From Patellaria atrata CBS 101060 (lineage: Eukaryota), in contig MU006109.1 in assembly GCA_010093705.1 (NCBI GenBank), positions 124,001 through 188,000 on the forward strand: a stretch of 64,000 nt of DNA. Reading direction: 5' to 3'. The translations under genes were made by a program, and so were the position numbers. This document shows, piece by piece, positions 1 to 12,966 of this stretch. Within the stretch, counting starts at the first letter, position 1, and each line of letters starts with the position of its first letter. The notes beneath the pieces were generated by a model. It was not told where the DNA came from. It saw only the letters and a program-made list of their open reading frames with translations, and did not search any database.

Positions 1-955
1 CGCCAGCTCTGCGGATGTCTTACTGGGGAAACTGCCTCTCGACTCATCATCCGTGCCGCCGGAGTCGACGAGACTGATCAACCCAACCCCGGCCAGTGAT
101 AGCAAGACCCCAATAACTTTTCCTCTAGTGAAGCGCTCTACCCCGATGACGGAGCCGAGGATCAACGTCCAGATCGAGGAGGTCGAGGAGAGGATCGTCG
201 AGGATGCGACGGTGGTGTAGGAAAGGCAAGCGGTCATGAAGTAGTTCGCGATGAACCAAAGGATGCTAAATCGGAGAGAGAGGTGTGCGGTTTCGGCTAG
301 CGTGAGACCCTTGGGGATGCTTCTGCTATGAGAGAGGATGGGGAGGGCCGAGAGGGAGTCATCCATGTTTATGGTGGTGGAGGGGGTGCTTCCGCGGAGA
401 CTGGTGGGTGGTTCGTCAGGTTTGAGGAAGGCCTCTGATTCTTCATTTTCGTCGGCAATCAGGTCGGATGAGGGAGAGGGGGCGTGAGGGGATGAGACTC
501 TGGTTTGTAGGAGGTCTTGAAATGATGATATCGAATGTCGATGTTTTTGTATGTGGCGGAGTAGCATAGGGATTAGAGGACCGATGAAGAAGAGGGAGTT
601 GAAGTAGGTCACGAAAAAGGGTTTAGAATATGTGTTATTGGCGAACACGCTCTGTGAATTTGACCATTAGCTCCGTAGTTTTCGCCGTTACGATTTATTA
701 TCTTCCTTCTCTCCATGTATCTGATGGACTCACACTCGCCAAAAAGTTACCTCCAGTCCATAAGAGGACCACTAGTAGCATCAAAGTAACGCCCAAAGAA
801 TGTCTAAAGCCCTTCTTCTTTGTAACGCTCTGCCATATTCTCCGCATCCGCCTTACTCTTTGAGACCCTATGTTTGAAGACCGCCATGAGTTCACATCCG
901 TTGTCGAATAAGTCCTCGATGGATACCCATCCTGTAGAGTAGGTCTTATCGGCAT
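1..955 (-). CDS. EamA/DMT-family (Thi74/YML018C-like) membrane transporter, 3' end runs off the window
   Basis: ATG at 955; exon 1 ...LLVVLLWTGGNFLAS, intron ~652-733 (GTGAG..ACAG), exon 2 SVFANNTYSKPFFVTYFNS...LWFIANYF...STSSIWTL, characteristic of this fungal DMT family. Confidence 0.85.
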
Positions 956-1579
956 TATGTATTTATGTTCTAGGTATTCACCGCGCAATATTTCTATTTG
1001 TTTTCGTACTAAGAGAGTCTCGTCGGGTTACCAGCGCGGTACTGGTCCTCCTTAGACATAGAGGATGCTGTGAGATAAACGAATGAGTGACATAGTAGTG
1101 TAGAATTCGGTTGCGCGAGATACAACGCTTCGGTGGGGGTGATCGGGTGAAATTGTGGTTAGAATAATGGTCGCAGAGATAAAACTAAGGTAGTTGAGAG
1201 GGGATTCGAGATGACGCGCATTTGCTCCAAGGTTCCGTCTGGTTTCCGAGCCCATCGCGCCAGACAAGGTATTCCTTACAACATCTACATGTCCACATTC
1301 ACTATTGATTGGAATACGAGTCGAAAGTACCGGCGTATAGTACAAGACTGTACACCGGTATGGGTAATTTGCGCGATACTTTCACAACTACTATCTACAG
1401 CGCCTACCAACTCCTGAAAACGAGGGATATACAAAACACCATCCGTTCGGCAGGACAGAAATCCCATCATTAGCGTACCCCTGTGTATGTAGTTTGCCCG
1501 GACGCCATTGCAATGATTGAAGCGAAGCCAAAAGAATCGAACCAAGCCAGCATGGTAGGAATCCTATGTTTGAAATGCA

Positions 1580-2484
1580 TCAGCAGGCGCAGCCATCCCT
1601 ATCATTATCTAAGTTGATGGGTATCGTCTCTGGAAAGTCGGAATTGAAGTCGTTGTTTGCCTCTTCTTGGGCGAGGGCTTGTCGTGCAATCACTGGGAAC
1701 CGGTCAGAAAATATGAACATTCCGTTGGAACAGGGTATTGTTACCTTCAAATGCTTGCTCAACATTAACAGCTTCCTTTGCGCTAGTCTCGAAGTATGGA
1801 ATTCCTCCTTTAGATTGACAGAAGGTCATAGCTCGTTTTGACGAGATCTTAACTTTGATCAGCTTTGGTCGAAAGGTACGATGAATGTGGCCTACCATGC
1901 GCTTGCTCTCTTCGACGTCGATCTTGTTGCCAAGGACAACCTAGCAATTTATCAGCTCGGTGTTCGGCGACGATAGAAATGCAATATTACAAATGGGAAG
2001 CTCTCAGGATCCATGGGACTGGCTTGTATCAAGAATTCATCCCGCCAGCTATCCAACGTATCAAAGCTCTTCGAGTTATTCACGTCATATACCAGAACGC
2101 AGCAATCTGCACCCCGATAGAAAGCTACCCCAAGGGATTGAAATCTTTCTTGCCCCGCAGTGTCCCATAGTTGCATTGTTACCAATCGATCGTCGACCAG
2201 GACTTCTTTGGTGAGGAAATCTGCGCCTATGGTTGCCTTGTAGCTTGCGCTGAACTTTTTGTTTACCTATATAGAGTCCCATGTTAGTGATCTGGGGCTA
2301 ATTATAGATACCGTAAACAAGATGTAAGAAGAGCGGTTGCTATACATATTGGTTCATCAAACTTGTCTTGCCTACACCGCTATCACCCAAAATAATAACC
2401 TGTGTCTCCGGGTTAGCTTCGCGACAAACTCTGAGTCCGGGCAACAACCAATACCTTCAGTAGAGTCTTCTTTCTTGATGCCAT
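1580..2484 (-). CDS. ypt7: Rab7/Ypt7 small GTPase (multi-exon)
   Basis: MASRRKTLLK start, [52 protein letters not shown]-terminal CAC prenylation motif. Confidence 0.96.
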
Positions 2485-3745
2485 CACAGTTGATATTGTT
2501 TCGGATCTCTGAGCCTTAAAGAACGGAAGGGAGAGCTCTAACAGGGAGTATATCCTCTGCTTGTCTTTCAGTTAGGTTGAGACGGCGACAAAAGCTATGA
2601 CCGTTTATGGGATTCGGGGGGTCGTGATAGATGGCCGAAAGACCGACGAAGAAGCTGTGCAGGGGCGGAGAGAATCAGGAGAGAGTAGAGACGTCCTGTA
2701 GCAAGAGATCGAGAGGTGAAGGTCTAAAGGTATTCGGAAGAGAATTAAGAAGTTCGAGGGGATGAGAAGCTGTTGCTGGTGTTGGTTTTGGACTTTGGAG
2801 CAGATGATGTACCCGCAACCCTTAGCGTTTCTTGGCACTGCCAATGTATATAATTCACCTTCACTTTCGTCTTTGTTTCTTCAAAGAAATCATGGAGATT
2901 TGATTTTCTGAGCGGTACAGTCACTCACACACCGGAGACTATAAACTATACGCTATACACCAAACTGAAGGCTTGAGCCCAAGGTCACACTAAGTTTGAA
3001 CGAGTATCACCTCAACATCCTCGTCTTCCTGATGTTGTATAGCACAGACGATATACACGATAAGCTGTAGTTTACGCGACTTTTCGCCGATTTACAACAT
3101 TCAAACAATTCGTTATCGATGTCGAGCATGCTATTATGAGGTCGAAAAGCATGTGTGCTGTTTCTGATTCCTGTCTAGCAAACTCTTTCCGTTTGACAAT
3201 TCAAACGCGTGATCATTCAAGTACACTTGATAATTTTTGAGGAAATCAGCATTCAAGGTGTAATATAGAGCAAGTCTAGGGTCGTTTAGATATCAATCAG
3301 GTATTCTCTGGCTTCGTAGAGCAGACTTTGCTTTAGGAAAATGTTAAAAGGAATATGATAATGCAACCACCCTCAAATACCTTCAAATTTCCATTGGAGT
3401 ATTTAGAAAGCTAAATCTGAAGTCAGGCAAACTAATCATTCAGTTGTATCTTTAACCAACCTCATATGTTATCATATCCGACTCCACAATAAGGCTTCCA
3501 GCTCCAGTTATCCGGCTTTACTTTGGATAATCCTCTTAGCAATAACATCAAGAGTATCAATCTTGTCTCGCGCGAAGCTTATTCCTGACGGCGGGCCACT
3601 GCATATCACCGTGCTATCCGCGTAGGAGAATCGCCCGTAGCTTTCTAATAGCCTAGTATAAGTAGTAGTGGAGGGAATCCAATGTTCCGGTAGGACTAGT
3701 TCTCCTTCTATAGTAAAAGACACATCGCAATATGTCGTTTTCCTT

Positions 3746-4434
3746 TCAAAAGGGTTTCGCGACCTTCCTCAACTCCGTCAAGCCAGTCTTAGGGTCTTTG
3801 AACTCTTTCCAACTAATCGGATACATGGTGTTCCCCGCTTCGCTGACCGCCATCACGACGCCCAATTCGTTACTGGCAGTGCTAATATAGTAGCTCGCCT
3901 GATCACCTAATGAAATCTATTCATACGAATGGTTAGCATAAGTAAAGGAATTGGTGATCAGAGATAACTTGCCACAATACCTCTAACCACATCCCCCACC
4001 CTAAATGAGTCTCCAATCTTTACCCTATCCTTCTCCGTCGCCCTTACGTCTTGCACCCTCACCTGTCCCTGAAAGCTGCCACTACATACGGTATCCCCAA
4101 CAACCAAGATCTCCACCGTAGCAGCTAACCTCGTTAATCTCGATACGCGCGCTAAAACTACACTATCCACCTCGGGCAAGATCGAGGTTCCCTTGTCCGC
4201 TGCACCTGTCGTTGGAGCTGACGGACGGGAAATTGAAATGGTTGGTAGGGGATTTTTCGGGGCAAGTCTGGGCAGTTTGGAAGAGCTTGCAAGGGTAGAA
4301 GGGGTGGAAAGAGATGGTGGGCCGAATAGAGAGGCGTGAATCTGGGAGTTTTCAACGTAAGTGCCTGGACCAGGAGTGTACTTGGTTGTTGGACCAAGAA
4401 GTTGACCAGGGAAAGCGAGCGTAGGAAGTGCCAT
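3746..4434 (-). CDS. csl4: RNA exosome cap subunit Csl4
   Basis: PGQLLG...GPGTY N-terminus, S1 domain with DVRATEKDRV...FRVGDVVRG, second exon ISLGDQASYY...ELGVV...ELRKVAKPF-stop. Confidence 0.92.
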
Positions 4435-5398
4435 AACTTTGTAAGGAGCGTATCAAGCTTGAATATGGAACTGGAATTGCAAGAAATACAGGTAGTTGTT
4501 CTGAGGATGATGTTCCTATCGGGGATGAGGACGTTGTCGCGTAAAATTACCCTTGGCGAGATTTTGCAGAGAAAAGGCCAAGCGGACACGAGCCGGGAGA
4601 GGTAATTTCAATATCTTTGTTTTAACGTTTCCCCCTTCTTTCAACCTCCTATCTGTGCAGTACATTTCACAATTGCAAAGATCCACCATTCAGTTATAGT
4701 TCTTTCTACTGCCACCTCATAGCGTACCATACACAGGAGCAGACAAAAAAAATCAATTTGTGATTGACCAATTGCTCAGATCGGAAGACCATCGATAGCC
4801 GATTAGATATTCCGTCTGCATTCTGCCTCATCTTTCGTCACAATCATTCTTGATACGATGCTTATCCGTACTCTTAGCACCTTGTTACCCAGGCTAAATT
4901 TTACTGGCATCCGATGAAATGTCTTGTGTCAGACACAGATGCTTGCACCGCACAAAAGGAAGAATCTTATTGGAGTAAAAGTTATAGTCCAGGTGCCCCC
5001 TACTAGTACAATATAAACCAAAGTCTTCCCCACACTCAAGAGGAGAAGTCCTCAGTCACATCAGTCAATTCCAGGAAGAGCTATGAGAACAATCTAGTTG
5101 GTTTTACAAAAGTGTACCTTCTAAGCCAGGGATTGATCATTGTTTGGATACCAAAACAGCAATGCTATTAATATATCTAAGACCTAGATTCCGGGTTTGG
5201 CGGCTCCGCAACAAGCGATCGTGTAGATATTGAACGTATATCTTTGTTGTGCGGAGTAATCTGTTGTTTTAAAGAGGGTAAAACCCGTCTCCAAGGTGTC
5301 ATATCGTAAAGGTGATCGTCCAAGAGTGTTCAAATTTCGGAAGGGGTTCTCCTCAAACAATCCATACTAGCTATTGTCCTCGTCTCAGTTCCTCAACA

Positions 5399-6272
5399 AT
5401 GGTCAAATCATACATTCCTCTGCTGGCATCATTCTCCAGCTCTGCTATCGCGGCCACGCTATATTTGGCGGGAGACTCTACGATGGCGAGATCGAGCAAT
5501 CCAAATATGCAAGGTTTGCTTCATGTCTTTCTCCTCAAGTTCAAGCACTCACGGCTTTTAAAGGTTGGGGTGAATATCTCCAATACTCTATGTCAATCCC
5601 CGTCGTTAATAACGCCATTGGGGGCCGGTCCGCCAGGAGTTTCACTCGCGAAGGTCGCTTTGATAGCATTGCTAAAAATGTCAAGTCGGGCGATTACGTA
5701 GTGATCGAGTTCGGGCACAACGATGGAGGTTCTCTATCCAATGATAATGGCCGAACAGACTGTCCAGGAACTGGAAATGAGACGTGCAAGACCACTTACA
5801 AGTAAACCATCCCCCTTTTTCCGTAAGCTTTTTCTCATGTTTGTGTAGTGGTGTCCAGGAAACGGTTCTCACCTTCCCTGCTTATCTTCAAAATGCCGCT
5901 AAAACGTACAAATCGAAAGGGGCTACGGTAATCATCAGCTCTCAAACTCCAAATAATCCCTGGGAAGGTGGAAAATTCACTTATGGACCAAACCGTTTTG
6001 TCACCATGGCACAGCTCGCTGCTGCCAATGCCCAGACAGACTACGTTGACCACGGCCAGTATACAGCTAATATTTTCCAGACAAAGGGGCTTGCAACTGT
6101 GAGTGGGTATTTTCCAACTGACCATACTCATACGAATGGTGCGGGAGCAGATGCAGTAGCCAAAGCGTTTGTGAAAGGCATTCTCTGTGGAAATAGCTCC
6201 TTAAAAAGCTTTGTGAAGAATTCAACAGAGTCTGTCGAAGGTGCTTGTATCGGTGGTGGTCGCAAGGTATAA
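5399..6272 (+). CDS. Secreted rhamnogalacturonan acetylesterase (CE12, SGNH/GDSL hydrolase), 2 introns
   Basis: Signal peptide, [38 protein letters not shown] catalytic motifs. Confidence 0.93.
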
Positions 6273-6883
6273 CTCCTTATCTAGCGGAAACTGTAAGTTG
6301 TCAATTAGTTAGATGTTACAAAGAGATATATTACTAATAATTGGGGTAGGCACCATGGGCAGTCAGTAGTATTCGCAAGGTCTATAAACTGTACTTTGCA
6401 GTATGAAGTGATTCTACGTTGTTCTGATCTTATTCCTCTTTGTGGTTTGATATCTCCCTAGGAAGGACAAACAGTACTTTGTGTCATCAAATGCGCAATT
6501 AGAGATTTCCTGATCGGTATGTTAATTGTGAGACGTTATTGCCGTTATTGCTAGAAGATGAAAATGAGATGATAATTAAACTTACAATTAGGTACTGTAA
6601 CTTCTAAAGATCCCTTGAAGCAAAAACAGGAGAACGGCTTGAAGCTCAAACTAGAAGCTAGGCTGTCAACACATATCATAATAATTCAACACTTACTTGG
6701 ATTATCAAATCAATGCCGAAACTGTTATTTTATCAATATTATTGATCGAGAAATTTTGTGCCTCCTAAAGGAAAACCTCCATATGTTTGAGAACACTTGA
6801 TGTAAAAGCAAAACCTACTTTATTCGGAAATAGATACCTCATCCATAGAACAAGGAAGACTTACCTTACCATGGCCTGCAGCT

Positions 6884-7801
6884 TCACGGTGCTAGCATCT
6901 GGACCGGTCGATATTTCTCTAAACGGAGGCTTATGTTCATAGGTAAGAACCTTGTGATTAGGAACTCCCACTGTCGACGGGTAAATTCGCTGTCAGAGGG
7001 CCGCTCCTCAACATGGTGGTTATACACGTCCCAGAAAGATCTTCCGTTCATCCTCGTCCTCTCCATCACTCGTCTTGACACCCTCCATGCATGACCAGGC
7101 AACCTCTCTGGATCTATGCGGCGCAAATTCTCGTTGTCTAATGGAACTACTTCCTCGTTGTTCTGCTTCCAGTCGTACAACACCACGATGCTCCTATTGT
7201 GCCTCAATGCATTGAACCAAGCGACGGTCAACATGGTCTTTAAGAAGTCCAACAATACATTATCATACGGATCTAGCATGTCAAAAGTTATCGCTGTATC
7301 AGTGACTGCGTTAGCAAGCTCTGCATGCAGTGTGAGGTAGTCCACATCGACGTGACCGCGCATATATGTATAGGTCGTTCCACGTCTAATCGAAGGAATG
7401 GTGCGTGTCGATCTGTCCATTGCGAACACACTCCTACGACGCCCCGCGGACTGTAAATCCGTTGGTATGGGAACCGGTGTCCATTCCACCGAGACGGTGG
7501 ATCCAGAAGATACGGTAGAGTAACGCCTGCTACCGGTCATCCTACCTGGTAACAGAGGCTCCCGACACTGTGGGCAAGTCTGGCTCTCTCCGTTCCTGGC
7601 CCAATGCATAATGCAAGTGTAACCGAAAATGTGTCCGCATGGAACGCATGTGGGGTGGTGATTCTCCGGGTTTTGAGGATCTTTGGGGTCGTAGTTGCTT
7701 GCGCAAATTGGACATTGCTGTGTAGTGAAATCTACATCATCGGGGTGGATATATCGAGGAAGAGATAGTTGGAATTGAGCGAGTTCCATGTTGTTCATCA
7801 T
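6884..7801 (-). CDS. RING-finger protein with uncharacterised C-terminal domain (intronless, 305 aa)
   Basis: CPIC...CVPCGHIFGYTCIMHW...TCPQCR RING pattern; TATA-like element upstream at ~7948-7958. Confidence 0.85.
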   Translation of the reverse strand: MMNNMELAQFQLSLPRYIHPDDVDFTTQQCPICASNYDPKDPQNPENHHPTCVPCGHIFGYTCIMHWARNGESQTCPQCREPLLPGRMTGSRRYSTVSSGSTVSVEWTPVPIPTDLQSAGRRRSVFAMDRSTRTIPSIRRGTTYTYMRGHVDVDYLTLHAELANAVTDTAITFDMLDPYDNVLLDFLKTMLTVAWFNALRHNRSIVVLYDWKQNNEEVVPLDNENLRRIDPERLPGHAWRVSRRVMERTRMNGRSFWDVYNHHVEERPSDSEFTRRQWEFLITRFLPMNISLRLEKYRPVQMLAP

Positions 7802-8190
7802 GTTGAAATGTGCTTTTGAGTAGTTGGTTTAGAAGATCTTCGGAAGCTCTTCGAAAGGTCTCTAGAAGGTCATTAGAATGTTTCTGTTTGGGTAAGTCTT
7901 TGAAGTGTTTCTGTTGCTAGCTTCAAAATTCTCGAATACTGACACCATTTATATAAAAGTTCGTAGGAGTAAATCGCAGCATTGAACACTGATATTGTGG
8001 GATTTGAGAAGAGCACTGCCGGCACAATGACTTCGCTTGAATTTATTCGCACAAAGCTTTGTTATGCATATTGCATACAATGCTAATCTCTTTGCTTCCC
8101 TTGTGTAAGTGGTCGGTCTCTCTTACTTCCCTCACAGAAGAGACCGCCTCATACTCATACCTGATAGCAAATCATAGTGATTGCTGTAGC

Positions 8191-8660
8191 CTATTCTAGT
8201 ACTACGCTCCAAAGGGAAAACTCATGCATTAGTGTCATATCCTGCGTCTTACTTACCATCTCTGATTGTCCAATGATGATTCCTAATCTGACTGAGAGCG
8301 TAACCTTGTCAGTGTTGGGAATGCATACGCTCTTTCCATCCATTAGCATTATTTGCATACATGGTTCCCCAAATGAGTGTCTTTTATTTCTTTGTTGGTT
8401 TTCCATTTCGTGTTGCCCAAGTATACTCAGTAACCCTTTGTCACAGGTATAATGACGAAAGCTCAGTTACTCCACCAATGCCTATTCCGGATTTTCCAAA
8501 TAAACTTACCATTTGAAGTCAGTGTGAGGTATACCGAGAACGAAACTGATCTTGGCTAGCAAAGGCTCTATGCATCCAAAACAGTCACGGCATGGATTCG
8601 TCTAATGTGAAGAGAGTTGAGCGCCGCAGGCAGTAAATGAGTGTTCAAGCTTGCATTCAA
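8191..8660 (-). pseudogene. Possible degraded ubiquitin-like (beta-grasp) gene remnant
   Basis: Manual translation gives IEPLLAKISFVLGIP (8527-8571) and MQIMLMDGKSVCIP; two exon-like segments each end in ATG|GTAAG; stops and frameshifts present. Confidence 0.25.
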
Positions 8661-9240
8661 ACCTTAATTGTACATACAAAGTGTAACATCTCTTCTAATG
8701 TGTCCTCTCCCTGATTCTTTCTGCAGTGATTATAAAGAGAACTCATCATAGCAGTATGTCGTATAAGAATACCGTTATTATGGTTTTTGAGTCAGAAACA
8801 TGTTTAACATTGTGAATTGCTGGTTCAGAGAATCGAATCAACACAACGTTTGGTCACTTTACTCATTCAGGGCACGTGTAAGCGGCTTCTCCCACAGGAA
8901 AAGTCGTGCTATAATCATTTGTGGTAGTTTTGGAGTCGTAATGCTATTCAGCACAGTCAGTCCCACCCCTATTTGCAGCATCGCAGTCATTTTCAAGTCA
9001 ATTTAGCACTACAGACTTGGTTCATTCGGTGGCAAACGTGGCATTCTCTGATACACTGGTGTCTATTCTCTAATTTAAATATACCCTTCTCCCCCTCTAA
9101 ATTTCATTCCAAATAAAAAGCAGCAAGATTATCTCTCTACCAAAACAGTTATCACCAGATCACTTATTATCATTTCAAAAATCCGTCTCATTTTTGCGCG
9201 ACCTTCATCAAAAACCTCGGGCACATCATCACACCAAAAG

Positions 9241-9843
9241 ATGGTATCGACCAGTAATGCCGCAAGCGGACAATGGGTCCCAGCCACAATGCCTCTATAT
9301 CTCGGCCTTTACTTACCGATTCTTGATGATCAACAAATCTAAACCGATCTGTCAATTGCCTTTTCTTCTGAGATTTGTCAGTGCAAGCAGTTCACCTGGG
9401 GTCAAAAAGAGATAGAAGCCTTGGACGTAGTCTCTCAAGAGGCTAGGCGTATTATCCTTGGCCCTAAGGAGCGTGATACATTGACCGCGATCCAGAATGA
9501 ATTCAAGAAGCATATGGATGAAGATGAATTAAACCCAGATGGAAGACCCGTATATTTCTAAATCCCCACTTTCTAGAATCACGACCGATTCCTAAGCTAT
9601 TTTAAACCTCCTATATTGGACAAAGATGGGAAAATAGCCCATACCGGACTGAACAACGGATACGGGGAAAGGGCTATCAACTATACTGAGTTTAAACGAG
9701 GGATGGTCCCATACCATTTGGAAAAACTTATACCTAGTAGAGAAGACAGTCTGACTGACGGTCAGTGGGATTTTATTATCAATACCCTGCACGTAAGGGT
9801 CTGCGAGCAGCTTGCCATGAGTGTGCACCAATCGGATCCCTAG
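9241..9843 (+). pseudogene. Disabled paralogue of the C-terminal domain of the flanking RING genes
   Basis: Single frame of ~200 codons from ATG 9241 to TAG 9843 with 3 in-frame stops (TAA 9340, TAA 9559, TAG 9574); ends LTDGQWDFIINTLHVRVCEQL; TATA-like site ~9075-9083. Confidence 0.7.
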
Positions 9844-10230
9844 ATTAGGCCTTTCAAGAAACCTGATCCTTAATATGAAATCTTCATATATGCCTAGGAA
9901 GTTTCATATTCTACTCTGGAACTCAAACGAGTCAGTGGTAAAATCTTTGGGTACTTACTTTCCTTTGCTGCTGCCGGCTTTCACGACACTCCCCAGTTAG
10001 AACCAGAGACATTTATTTCCTTCTTGTTTCTCTAGGATATCTTATGATAGAGAATGCTCTCTTAGCTGATTGGAGATCACAAAATCTGTATATCATACTA
10101 ATCTTCATTTGCGCTTTTGAGAATTACACTTCACATTCCCGTCTCTCCTAAACACACCATTATCTACTACTTCTTTTCCAACATGTATTACAGATCACAT
10201 TATCTTGTAAATTCACATCTTAAACATATC

Positions 10231-10288
10231 CCATTTCTCATATTCCATCTCTCATATTCCATCTCTCATATTCCACCTCTCATATTCC
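10231..10288. repeat. 14-bp minisatellite (CCATCTCTCATATT) x ~4
   Basis: Direct reading of tandem units with single substitutions. Confidence 0.9.
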
Positions 10289-11272
10289 CCTGTAACTTAG
10301 GTACTCAATACAAAAGACTGAAATAACATAACTATTCACCCAAACCATATCTATGATCATGTGTAAAATTGATAGTCATTCCCCACAGTGATTATATGTG
10401 CCATCCTAAACCTTTCACCCTCCGAAGATAAGTTCTTAGTATTCTACTCAAAGTGAGTTGCGGAAAATAAATGAGAAACCCCGATCCAGCACGGTTTTCA
10501 CCCCCATTAGATATTCTCTGTAACCTCTTTCTTCCAAGGAAGCTTCATATACCCCAACGCTCAGCACTTTACACCATCGTCAGGCGCTGTACACTTGGTG
10601 CACAGCCATTGTGATTCGTGAGATAACAAAATCTAGTCCTTTGTATGATATACGACCTCTTTATTTCCAAGTAAAGACTTCATTTATTGCAACTGTACGA
10701 TTTACTAGTAATCCACAGATGAGGGAGAATTATACATTTCTCCGTCTCGTACATTAGACAGTCGTTCAGTTCTCCTTCGCCATCAAATTTGGTACGTAAA
10801 TAACCCTGCATAGTTGTTATACCTGCTATGCAGAACATTTTGTGAGGTTATTCAGCCAACCCAACAATCCATCATTCCCTCATTTTTATGCACCTTAAGT
10901 GAAGTATAAGGCGTCTTCGTATCTGGGGGTATTATTCTGGGTAGTAGAAGAATATACGCGGCACATGGGTAATTTGTACATAGAAAACGGTATGAGGAAA
11001 AATCACACCATAGCTATGGGAAGAGAGCTAATATAATCTCGATAATGTTTGTAGTCTATGGGGAAGATGCTTGTATTGCAACTATAGACCTTTTGTGCAG
11101 ACCGAAGATGATAAATGTTGCCGATATGAAAAGGGGTATAGTACAATAAGAGAAAGCCCAATGAAATGAGGAAGTAAACACCCGAAGCCTTTTGGGGAAA
11201 ATAGCAGACTCCACGCCGTAGATAATAAACCAGAACTCTTAACCATCGTATTCCTCAGACTCCAAAGTTCCC

Positions 11273-12364
11273 TCAGTCCCTACCCATGATATAGAATCTC
11301 TCGCACAATCTGATCTTCAAGAACCTCATTATATACCTCCACTGGGAACCCAAAAGACCACCCTCCCCTCCCTCAGTCACTCTCTCGCTCAAGATGCCTG
11401 GGAGCGAATTATCCTCCCACACCAACCGACAGACACGAGCAACAGTCCTACCGCCCTCCACGAAGCACGGCTCGGCCCTCAGATCCGGAACGAGAAGCTT
11501 CCGGCCGGCATAGTCGATCAGCCTACGCTCCCAGCGCTTCTTGATGTCAGTGTACTCGGCCAAAACGGCTGCAGACGAGCAACCCTCTTCCCGGTTGTCG
11601 ACGGCGTATGCGAGACGACATTCCACCCATACGGCGTCGAATACACCTAGGAACGCGGACTGGATGCTATTGTCGATGCGGATTAGACGGCCACCTTCGA
11701 GGGGAACCTGGTCGACGACGAGAGTGGTGAAGTGTTTGGGTACGGGATGAATGGTGACAAGCGGAATCGGTCCTTGGAGGCGTGGGGGATGAGCTTGAGG
11801 AGGTTGCTGGGAGATAGAGTTGTGCGCTGCTCCTTGTTGAGAGCTTCCTCCTTGCTGAATAGGGGTCGCGGGAGGATACATTGGGCCTCCTTGGACGTTC
11901 CCGCCTTGTTGGATAGGGGCCGGAGGAAGATTTGGTGGCCCTTGTTGTGGGCCAGCTCCCTGTTGAATAGGGGCTGCGGAGAGGAGTAATAGTCCTTGGG
12001 GTACCTGTTGTGCTGGTTGGCGAATTTGGAGCCTACGACCAAGGAGGATACCGTAGCAATTCGGACATTGGTCAGTGCCGAATATGCTGATGTACTTCAC
12101 GCAGCAATACCTATGCATGAGACACATGTTTGCACATGAGCTCTCCATCGCGAAAAATTTGGTATAACCAAGCTGCTCTTCGAGGTCTATGGACAGAAAC
12201 GATTGACAAGCGTCAATTGCGTTCGGTCCCCTTAGATGATCAGGGGCCGAGGGATCTGGCTGCAGCGGGAGTGAACATATCGTGCAGAGGTGTGCTCCAA
12301 CTGGAATCATATTCGCAGCTCCAAGTCTGGTTATCCACATGCCGTCAATCCGGGGAGTAGTCAT
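11273..12364 (-). CDS. RING-like zinc-finger protein with Q/P-rich linker and uncharacterised C-terminal domain (intronless, 363 aa)
   Basis: CTIC...SCANMCLMHRYCC...QCPNC; three PIQQG repeats; ends GSQWRYIMRFLKIRLCERF. Confidence 0.75.
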   Translation of the reverse strand: MTTPRIDGMWITRLGAANMIPVGAHLCTICSLPLQPDPSAPDHLRGPNAIDACQSFLSIDLEEQLGYTKFFAMESSCANMCLMHRYCCVKYISIFGTDQCPNCYGILLGRRLQIRQPAQQVPQGLLLLSAAPIQQGAGPQQGPPNLPPAPIQQGGNVQGGPMYPPATPIQQGGSSQQGAAHNSISQQPPQAHPPRLQGPIPLVTIHPVPKHFTTLVVDQVPLEGGRLIRIDNSIQSAFLGVFDAVWVECRLAYAVDNREEGCSSAAVLAEYTDIKKRWERRLIDYAGRKLLVPDLRAEPCFVEGGRTVARVCRLVWEDNSLPGILSERVTEGGEGGLLGSQWRYIMRFLKIRLCERFYIMGRD

Positions 12365-12966
12365 TGTGAAGCTCCTGATATATGAGATACGTATGGAAGA
12401 TTCCGATGAGGTAGAAATATAATGATTGTATTAAGAGTTGGGATGCTTGATGGTGTTGATGGAGATTCTGAGTGCTGGTTGACAATTTGTGGAGCACGGT
12501 GTACGGAGAAAAAGATAAATAAACCTAAAAAAAGTCTGGAAGACGCTAAGAAGTGCCTAACTCAAAGCCTTAAATTGTTCAGGTGACGTTTGTTTTGCAC
12601 CGGCTGACTGTTTTGTAATGTAACAAACACCTACTCGGGTGAAGGACACGGTAGAAGGGGGGATGGGGAATAGAACTTGTGAAGGTGAAAGTGAATACAT
12701 GATTTGTCCCTCTCATTGGATACACGGTATAGGAAGCATCAAGTAAACCAGATAGAATGAACTATATTCGAGTAGAAAGCCGTTCGTCTCTCAATTAGAA
12801 CCCCATTCTCTTCTAGATATATCAAAATCAGTGGTCGATCCTTCTTCACACTTCTCCAATAACCCCTTCAGGAACACATTATCAGCTACAACTTGATAGA
12901 ACTGAGGGCAATGATTGCTATGACGGATACACAACAACATCTACACCTTCAGTTATCTAAGAGCAT

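Noticed and set aside
10231..10288. Short tandem repeat as a CRISPR-like array
   Set aside because: Contiguous 14-bp units without spacers in a eukaryotic genome; a simple minisatellite
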